DNA from: Candidatus Scalindua sp.
GTDB lineage: Bacteria; Planctomycetota; Brocadiia; Brocadiales; Scalinduaceae
DNA: 32,000 nt
Direction of reading: 5' to 3'
Assembly: GCA_031316235.1 (NCBI GenBank)
Contig: JALDRA010000001.1
Span: forward strand, 300,001-332,000
Notes under the pieces: model-generated
Database searches by the model: none
The model's input: the letters and a program-made list of their open reading frames with translations, nothing else
What the model was told of the DNA's origin: nothing
In this document: in pieces, positions 26,001 to 32,000 of the stretch
How the letters are laid out: each line of letters opens with the position of its first letter
Numbering within the stretch: the stretch's first letter is position 1
Position numbers and translations under genes: made by a program

Positions 26001-26137
26001 ACAAGTTATAATCCTTTACTCCGCTCTCGATGAAGTGACACTGAGATGAGTATCCATTGAAAAATGCAGGGGTAATTTTCCAGCAACCTTTACTATAAAG
26101 CTCGTTGGAAAACAGGCCCAGCAATTCATTCTTCAGA

Positions 26138-27451
26138 CTACGAAAGCTGAAGAGATCTGCTTTTCCACCAATACTTCACTACCAGTTCATTCCTGATTCC
26201 TGTCTCTTCAGGGACAAAACATTCAGAAAGAATCCTCCATCCAGTATCGAGAGCCTTTTGAAGTGATATATTTACCGATAAATCCATCAGTTTCAGTTCA
26301 AAAAGGGTTCCAAATTTCAGGAGTTTATCGTCCCATTCAGTCATCCTGAACCCCATTGCTTTTTTCTCCAGTGCTTCCTGGTAAAATGCATAGAGTTGGA
26401 CCATAGCGTCCATCAAGGGTCTATGGTCATCCCTTGTCTTCTTATTCACAAATTGCTTCAGTCTGCTTAATGATCCAAACGGTTCGATCCTGCCATTGTT
26501 AAGATAGTACTGCCCCTCGGTAATGTAGCCGGTATTGTCAGGCACGGGGTGGGTTACATCGTTGCCGGGCATTGTTGTAACAGAAAGAATCGTTACCGAA
26601 CCGGAATCTTCGAAATCAACAGCCTTTTCATATTTTGATGCAAGCTGGCTGTATAAATCTCCCGGATACCCCCTGTTTGATGGTACCTGTTCCATGATGA
26701 TGGCAATCTCCTTGAGCGCATCACAATAATTTTTCATGTCTGTCATGAGTACGAGAACCTTTTTCCCATGAAGAGCAAAATTCTCAGCAACAGTAAGAGA
26801 AATATCCGGTACCATAATACACTCAACAACTGGATCTGCAGCGGTATGTATAAAGAGGAGAGAACGGCTCAGGGCACCCTCCTTTTCGAGTGTACTCTTC
26901 AAAAACAGAAAATCATCATACCGCATACCCATCCCGCCAAGAATAATAATATCTACCTCTGCCTGAAGGGCTATACGAGCCAGTAGCTGATTATAGGGTT
27001 CTCCAGACGTCGTAAAAATAGATATCTTTTGAGATTCAACGAGCGAGTTAAAAAGATCAATCATGGGGATACCGGTATGTATCATGTTGGAAGGAATTAT
27101 GCGTTTTGCTGGATTCACGGCAGGCCCCCCTATCTCGATAAGATCCTCGGTCAGCATTGGTCCTCCATCACGTGGACTTCCCGACCCATCAAACACCCTC
27201 CCAAGAAGATTTTCCGAGAAAGAGACCTCCATCTGTTTCCCCAGAAAGCGGACTTCATCTCCGGTGGAAATCCCGCTGCTTCCCGAAAAAACCTGAAGAT
27301 AAACAAGCTCGTCTTCAATTCGAATGACCTCGGCAAGAGAGTCCCTGGTCCGAGATTTAATAAGAGCTAACTCACCATATCGTATACCGCTGGCAGGAAG
27401 TACTATTACGTTACCCGATATCTGAAGAATTTTGTTGTATATCTTTTTCAT
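26138..27451 (-). CDS. atpB: V/A-type ATPase subunit B
   Basis: 437 aa, with the conserved non-catalytic beta-like fold ([57 protein letters not shown]). Confidence 0.9.
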   Translation of the reverse strand: MKKIYNKILQISGNVIVLPASGIRYGELALIKSRTRDSLAEVIRIEDELVYLQVFSGSSGISTGDEVRFLGKQMEVSFSENLLGRVFDGSGSPRDGGPMLTEDLIEIGGPAVNPAKRIIPSNMIHTGIPMIDLFNSLVESQKISIFTTSGEPYNQLLARIALQAEVDIIILGGMGMRYDDFLFLKSTLEKEGALSRSLLFIHTAADPVVECIMVPDISLTVAENFALHGKKVLVLMTDMKNYCDALKEIAIIMEQVPSNRGYPGDLYSQLASKYEKAVDFEDSGSVTILSVTTMPGNDVTHPVPDNTGYITEGQYYLNNGRIEPFGSLSRLKQFVNKKTRDDHRPLMDAMVQLYAFYQEALEKKAMGFRMTEWDDKLLKFGTLFELKLMDLSVNISLQKALDTGWRILSECFVPEETGIRNELVVKYWWKSRSLQLS

Positions 27452-29303
27452 TCTCTTCTTTTACCATTGGAAATCCTTCACCTTTTTTTGGCTTAACTAT
27501 CCTGGTCCTGCTGAACTGTGAATCCATATCCGTTTCAACAAGGGCATTTCGAAAAGGAGAAGTTTTCAAGACTGCGCCCCCTTTTCTCTGCTTACGGAAT
27601 AGTTCACTGATAAGATTTTCATTTTCAAGGAACTCACGAGAGTCCCACTCAGAACTATTGTATTCCAGAAACAACTGTCGTGTCTTATTAAAAAAATTCC
27701 TGGCCTCCTCTTTGGATGATATATGGAATTGTGTTTCCATAATTTCCTTCACCATTGCAAAGACCTTTCTCTGTCTTTTTTCAGAAGTTGCCCCATCCAC
27801 TTCATCAAAGGCGTTCTGCTGAAGATAAACATTATCAAAAAATGCCCCTTTTAAATAAAGAATATAGTCCTCCAGCAGAATACCCTCTTCACCTACAACC
27901 TTCATCATCTGGTCTATCTCGTGAGCTCTTGAGAGAAGACTTATTGCCCGATCTCTTTCTCTCCTGTCAATAAAACCATGATATTTTGACCAGCTGTCAA
28001 AAGGATCTATGGCAGGATAGCATCTGGCATCCGAACGTTCCCGTGATAACCCGTGAAAGGCCCCCACGACCTTAAGGGTCGCCTGTGTTACCGGTTCCTC
28101 AAAATTACCCCCTGCAGGACTTACCGTCCCTCCTATCGTAATAGAGCCAATATCTCCGTTCTTAAGCCTGATGCTTCCAGCCCTTTCATAAAAGCCGGCA
28201 ATTGTCGATTCCAGATAGGCGGGAAAAGCCTCCTCTCCAGGTATCTCCTCTAATCTGCTCGACCTCTCCCTCATGGCCTGCGCCCAGCGTGAAGTGGAAT
28301 CTGCAAGCAGAAGCACGTCCAGTCCCATCTGGCGATAATATTCAGCCATGGTGATAGCCGTATACACAGATGCTTCACGGGCTGCAACAGGCATGGAACT
28401 CGTATTACAGACAATAATCGTTCTCTCCATAAGAGAACTTCCGGTAGAAGGGTCGATAATTTCGGGAAATTCCTTAATCGTCTCAACTACCTCTCCGGCC
28501 CTCTCTCCGCAAGCTGCAAGGATTACTATATCAACCTGTGCATTACGGCTGATAATCTGCTGGAGAACCGTTTTGCCGGCACCAAATGGACCGGGAATAC
28601 AAAAGGTTCCACCTTTTGCTACAGGAAACAATGTATCGACAATCCGTACCCTCGTAAGAAGAGGCTCTGTTGGATCTAATCTCTCTCTATATAAGGTTAA
28701 GGGTCTTTTTATAGGCCATTCAAACTTCATGCATAACGGTATGACCTTCCCTTTCGTATCTTTTATAAGTGCTATCTGCTCCTTTACACCGCAATTCCTC
28801 GGTCCACTGATTTCAATTACCTCGAATTTCCCTGGTAGAGAAAACGGGACCAGTATCTTATGGGTAAAAATGCCCTCTTTCACTGAACCTACAGCATCAG
28901 ATGCCTCTACGTTATCACCAGGATTGACACAGGGGATAAATTCCCATTTAATGTCATCTGGTAAAGCGTTAAGGTGTTTACCCCTCTGGAGGAAAAATCC
29001 AAAATCGCTTGCCAATGCATGAAGTGGATTCTGAAGTCCATCATAAAGCTGACCGAGAAGACCCGGACCTAATTTGACTGAAAGTAATTCACCCGTAAAC
29101 TCTACAGGGTCTCCCTTTTTAAGTCCTCGAGTATCTTCAAAAACCTGCAGGTCTGCCCTGTTTCCTTTTATGCGGATTACCTCCGTTTTAAGGCGGCTCT
29201 CCCCTAATACCGCATAGGCAACCTCATTTTGCATGACGTCACCTTCAAACTCAACCGTGAGCATATTTTTATTGACACCAACGATACTACCTCTATTTTT
29301 CAT
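27411..29303 (-). CDS. atpA: V/A-type ATPase catalytic subunit A
   Basis: Walker [10 protein letters not shown] and Walker B-like [14 protein letters not shown] place the start at ATG 29303 ([10 protein letters not shown]...) rather than the TTG at 29369. The C-terminal tail overlaps the atpB start by 41 nt. Confidence 0.9.
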   Translation of the reverse strand: MKNRGSIVGVNKNMLTVEFEGDVMQNEVAYAVLGESRLKTEVIRIKGNRADLQVFEDTRGLKKGDPVEFTGELLSVKLGPGLLGQLYDGLQNPLHALASDFGFFLQRGKHLNALPDDIKWEFIPCVNPGDNVEASDAVGSVKEGIFTHKILVPFSLPGKFEVIEISGPRNCGVKEQIALIKDTKGKVIPLCMKFEWPIKRPLTLYRERLDPTEPLLTRVRIVDTLFPVAKGGTFCIPGPFGAGKTVLQQIISRNAQVDIVILAACGERAGEVVETIKEFPEIIDPSTGSSLMERTIIVCNTSSMPVAAREASVYTAITMAEYYRQMGLDVLLLADSTSRWAQAMRERSSRLEEIPGEEAFPAYLESTIAGFYERAGSIRLKNGDIGSITIGGTVSPAGGNFEEPVTQATLKVVGAFHGLSRERSDARCYPAIDPFDSWSKYHGFIDRRERDRAISLLSRAHEIDQMMKVVGEEGILLEDYILYLKGAFFDNVYLQQNAFDEVDGATSEKRQRKVFAMVKEIMETQFHISSKEEARNFFNKTRQLFLEYNSSEWDSREFLENENLISELFRKQRKGGAVLKTSPFRNALVETDMDSQFSRTRIVKPKKGEGFPMVKEENEKDIQQNSSDIG

Positions 29304-29430
29304 TGTATTGAAAAGCTTCGGGCTAAACACCCATTCCACCCCGCGGGAACGTACGTCGGCCTGGTGCAATTTCGGGCATCTTCCCGAATCACTCCTTCAG
29401 GTGGGGTATGCTGACACACATACCATATGA

Positions 29431-29467
29431 TCATACTCACCTTATACTGGATTTCGATTTTAGTATA
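29431..29467 (+). repeat. MITE-like repeat family 1, internally deleted remnant (about 37 bp)
   Basis: tcatactcaccttatactggatttcg joined directly to attttagtata. Both termini are kept and the core is lost. Lies in the DUF2764-atpA spacer. Confidence 0.6.
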
Positions 29468-29476
29468 TACTATATT

Positions 29477-30031
29477 CTATGCATTAAAATAGTGCGCCTT
29501 TACCGGATCGAGATCGAGAATTGACTGAAGTGTTCTCAGGCCCCGTTCAGCATCAAAAAGAGCGATCCTCTCAAGAATCTGGAGTTTGATAAAGAAGACG
29601 ACGAGCCTGTCCCTGTCAAAATAATGACCAAACTCAAGCTCATCAAGGTATCTCCACCTTGCTTTATTAAGAATCTCTTCCGCTTTAAGTGGTGAAGGCG
29701 CATGAAGTGCTTCTTCAGCAATAAGCATCTGTTCATGATCAGATATATCATTGCCTGCACAATTTTCAACCGCAAAACCTAACCTCTGAGACCGCAATTC
29801 TGCCAGTGCGTTTCTGAGCCTTGACTCAAAATTGAAAAAATCTCCTAAAACACCTGATGAAATGTCTTTTTGTTTCAGGTCTAACATGTTGATTGACTCC
29901 AACAGTGCAAAATCATTTTTCTTAACATACCTCTTGCACATGGCAAGAAATTCATCTCTCCTGACAGGTGGAGGAACTTCCAGGTAGAGACTTGGTAACG
30001 ATGCCACGAGATAATAATAGCGGTGCTTCAA
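29477..30031 (-). CDS. DUF2764-like V-ATPase accessory protein (occupies the C/d-subunit slot in Bacteroidota-type operons)
   Basis: 184 aa, helical. Sits between the E and A genes as in E-DUF2764-A-B-D-I-K operons. The TTG start overlaps the atpE TGA (TTGA). Confidence 0.55.
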   Translation of the reverse strand: MKHRYYYLVASLPSLYLEVPPPVRRDEFLAMCKRYVKKNDFALLESINMLDLKQKDISSGVLGDFFNFESRLRNALAELRSQRLGFAVENCAGNDISDHEQMLIAEEALHAPSPLKAEEILNKARWRYLDELEFGHYFDRDRLVVFFIKLQILERIALFDAERGLRTLQSILDLDPVKAHYFNA

Positions 30032-30672
30032 TCCAGTTTACCTTTCCTCAGCGAGTCGATAAAAGCGTAAAATCTCGGGTTTAGATATTCTGACAGTACG
30101 TCGGCAATGCCCTCATCAGTGAAATCATACGTGACATGGCTCCCCTTCACTCCAACACGAAAACCTCTTTCAATATTTGGATGAACTTTAAGCTCTATAC
30201 CGCTCTTTATTTCATCTTGAAGTCTTGACAGAAACCCTTCAAGGAGCATATCTCTATCAGATTCGCGTAAAAAGAACTCCAGGTTTAAGTCTCCACTTTT
30301 ATCTCTGTTCCACCCCTCGATAATTTTTATCAACACCGCTTCCAGGGTTTTACCCGTCATAACGCTTTGAAATTCTCTTTTCATGAGAGAATCAAAAACC
30401 ACGGCAAGAGATCTCCGGATGCTTAAGATTATGTCCCTTGCAGCCTGTTCAAGCGCCGTTTTACTCATACGCTCCTTCCGTTTTGTCTCTTCCTCAGCCT
30501 TCTCAGATATTTCAGTAGCTTTGTGCCAGGCTTCATTTAAAATGTTGGAAGCTGTAATTTTTGCCTCCTTAATGATATCTTCAGACTCTTTTTCTGCTTC
30601 CTGTATCCCCTCAGATTTAATTTTCTGGATGATATCATGAAGATTTGTGTCTGAATTTTCCGGAACTTTCAT
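30028..30672 (-). CDS. atpE: V/A-type ATPase subunit E
   Basis: 214 aa. N-terminal long charged helix (IIQKIKSEGIQEAEKESEDIIKEAK...) and a C-terminal globular domain. First gene of the operon. Confidence 0.75.
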   Translation of the reverse strand: MKVPENSDTNLHDIIQKIKSEGIQEAEKESEDIIKEAKITASNILNEAWHKATEISEKAEEETKRKERMSKTALEQAARDIILSIRRSLAVVFDSLMKREFQSVMTGKTLEAVLIKIIEGWNRDKSGDLNLEFFLRESDRDMLLEGFLSRLQDEIKSGIELKVHPNIERGFRVGVKGSHVTYDFTDEGIADVLSEYLNPRFYAFIDSLRKGKLD

Positions 30673-31029
30673 AATCGGTACCTAAATTTTTTCTCAGACA
30701 AGGCATCCCACCTTGGAGTTACAAAGTGTAACTGCAGTGATAATACCAGAATTCAAAGATATTTAAAGTTAAAATAGTGCTACTTATTTTTACTCCATTG
30801 CATCTGAACGGGAAATTGGTAACTGTTTATATCGTCTCCTAGAAAAAATCCGCTGACCACAGAACAGTTATCCTTTTACAAGCTTTCTCCGAGATTGCCC
30901 GATTAACAATAGATTGCTCCTCCAGTTAACCTCTCAACATATCCGAAATACTGATGAATTTCATCATAATGTAGTGGACAGGTCTGGAAAATCCATTGTA
31001 CCCATTAGTCACTTACTTGTCATTACATT

Positions 31030-31141
31030 TATACTCATCTCATAATGGTTTTCGGATTAAATCCGAGATAAATTTGAGCGAGTATACCTTCACCAGGATT
31101 TTGTTTCCGGTAAAACCGAAAACCAAGTCGGTTTTAGTATA
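31030..31141 (+). repeat. MITE-like repeat family 1, full length (diverged)
   Basis: 112-bp copy upstream of the ATPase operon. Confidence 0.9.
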
Positions 31142-31171
31142 TCAACGCACCTGCAGGGTCGGCACATATCC

Positions 31172-31411
31172 ATGATTTTCATTGCCGTTGTAACATTCAT
31201 TTCAGTAATGAGTGTAATAGGGAATAAACTTTTTTGTGGTTTGGCCTGCCCTGCTGGTGCTATACTGAAACTGATTTGGTTTTAGATTTTTCTGAAAACT
31301 AAAGCCTGGGAACTTTTTTGCTCAGAAAAATCTCACATTGGCATACCTGCTTCAGCGGCAATCTGTCCCCTGGGAATTCTTAAACGATACTTCGGTGCCC
31401 AAACACTATGA
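31172..31411 (+). pseudogene. remnant of a CxxxCP-motif (NapH/polyferredoxin-like) membrane protein gene interrupted by a repeat fragment
   Basis: Reading frame MIFIAVVTFISVMSVIGNKLFCGLACPAGAIL runs into the repeat fragment and hits TAG at 31283. The same frame continues ...AAICPLGILKRYFGAQTL to a stop at 31409-31411. Confidence 0.3.
31261..31309 (-). repeat. MITE-like repeat family 1, half-element fragment
   Basis: tatactgaaactgatttggttttagatttttctgaaaactaaagcctgg corresponds to the hairpin-2 half of the family consensus. Confidence 0.6.
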
Positions 31412-31413
31412 TG

Positions 31414-31441
31414 TTGACAATGCACTGTGATGTGAGATAAT
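31414..31441 (+). promoter_or_regulatory. sigma70-like promoter candidate
   Basis: TTGACA (31414-31419), a 16-nt spacer, then GATAAT (31436-31441). The predicted TSS, about 31448, coincides with the first base of the hairpin below. Confidence 0.4.
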
Positions 31442-31447
31442 TTACAG

Positions 31448-31523
31448 AAAAGACTCATTTGTTACTCCTTTGTTGATGTTGTGGGGACGACTCAACTCAG
31501 GGGGCAACAATGGGTCTTTTTTT
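31448..31523 (+). terminator. long imperfect hairpin + U7: intrinsic terminator, or a roughly 76-nt small RNA/attenuator
   Basis: aaaagac(t)catt..gtt..ctcc pairs with gggg..aacaatg(g)gtctttt. An apical gttga/tcaac stem sits at the tip, and TTTTTTT follows at 31517-31523. Confidence 0.5.
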
Positions 31524-31589
31524 ATGGTAAATCCTTGCTATCATTCCACTCCCGGAGGTGGTTATTCAATTCACCGATTAATTAAGACA

Positions 31590-31617
31590 TTGATTAACTT
31601 GTGTTTTAAAGTATAAT
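31590..31617 (+). promoter_or_regulatory. sigma70-like promoter candidate for the C_GCAxxG_C_C gene
   Basis: TTGATT (31590-31595), a 16-nt spacer, then TATAAT (31612-31617), about 70 nt upstream of the ATG at 31688. Confidence 0.4.
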
Positions 31618-31687
31618 GAGTAGTAAAACTTACAGTTTTCGCAGAGATAAGGTACGACAGACAAAACAAAATTTCTGATATCAGATT

Positions 31688-32000
31688 ATGGAAAACAAAG
31701 ATGTTGGTGAGTTGGCAAGAGATTATTACCTGAAAGGATTCGGGTGTGCTGAGAGTATTCTCCACGCCTTCAATGATCTGAGAGTAATAAAGGTATCTGA
31801 TCCCCTGCTAAAAGCATCTACCGGCTTTGGAACAGGATTCGGAGGTAAGGGTTCAACCTGTGGGGCGATAACCGGCCCGATAATGGCAATAGGGCTGGAA
31901 TATGGCAGGCTGAAACCAGAGGAAAGTGCGGAAGACACATACAGACGGACGAAGAAGGTTGTTGAAGCGTATGAGCTGAAGTACAAAACCACCATCTGTA
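31688..32000 (+). CDS. C_GCAxxG_C_C family protein (partial, runs off the window)
   Basis: Absent from the ORF track because it has no stop in the window. My own translation: MENKDVGELARDYYLKGFGCAESILHAFNDL...ASTGFGTGFGGKGSTCGAITGPIMAIGLEYGRL, which carries the family signature motifs. The listed minus-strand ORF 31726-31995 is its shadow. Confidence 0.75.
   Translation, partial: MENKDVGELARDYYLKGFGCAESILHAFNDLRVIKVSDPLLKASTGFGTGFGGKGSTCGAITGPIMAIGLEYGRLKPEESAEDTYRRTKKVVEAYELKYKTTIC

Noticed and set aside
28348-29022. Long antisense ORFs: 224 aa opposite atpA, 231 aa at 16502-17197, 213 aa at 18498-19139, 170 aa at 19197-19709, and 140 aa at 1723-2145
   Set aside because: Each lies fully inside a well-supported gene on the other strand, has low-complexity, Ser/Leu/Arg-rich composition, and carries no motifs. 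They are shadow ORFs.
29304-29369. N-terminal 22-aa extension of atpA in the ORF track (start at 29369)
   Set aside because: That codon is TTG, and the extension (HQADVRSRGVEWVF...) is not A-subunit-like. ATG at 29303 gives the canonical [10 protein letters not shown]... N-terminus.
7059-31309. Could the recurring 112-bp repeat be a CRISPR array?
   Set aside because: Copies are kilobases apart, occur in both orientations, are far longer than CRISPR repeats, and are separated by ordinary genes. No cas genes are present.
31726-31995. 89-aa minus-strand ORF at the right edge
   Set aside because: The plus strand here encodes a clear C_GCAxxG_C_C family N-terminus starting at 31688. The minus-strand ORF is its shadow.
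1-32000. tRNA, rRNA, tmRNA, RNase P or SRP RNA genes
   Set aside because: Scanning the intergenic regions by eye showed no cloverleaf-compatible sequence, no T-loop GGTTCGAATCC-type box, and no conserved RNase P or SRP motifs. A formal tRNAscan or cmscan run could still overturn this.

Overview
32-kb chromosomal window from a low-GC, LPS-bearing (diderm) bacterium. The taxon cannot be fixed without a database search. Left to right: a NodT-type efflux lipoprotein; a SplB-like radical SAM gene; a 2.2-kb IS (ISKra4-like transposase) with 26-bp terminal inverted repeats and an 8-bp target duplication, carrying a Dam-like methyltransferase as passenger; queE-queC; plsY; an LPS-kinase / heptosyltransferase pair; an RlpA-like lipoprotein; and a REC-GGDEF-EAL protein. 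After an 820-bp non-coding gap comes a translationally coupled three-gene operon: a multi-wHTH protein, a 702-aa P-loop NTPase, and a 615-aa RecB/Cas4-like PD-(D/E)xK nuclease fused to a complete RuvB-like AAA+ module. I cannot assign this operon to any named system, and it is my best candidate for an undescribed defence or DNA-surveillance system. Further right: a DUF442 phosphatase-like protein, rpiB, a LOG/PpnN-like protein, a 7-gene Bacteroidota/Chlamydia-style V/A-type ATPase operon (E-DUF2764-A-B-D-I-K) whose c subunit keeps the Na+ ligand set, and a partial C_GCAxxG_C_C gene that the ORF track missed. The window also holds at least 11 copies or fragments of a 112-bp TA-flanked, hairpin-rich MITE-like repeat, three of them inside the ATPase operon, plus two smaller repeat families. 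I saw no rRNA, tRNA or CRISPR array. All calls come from reading the sequence and motifs by eye; no searches were run.
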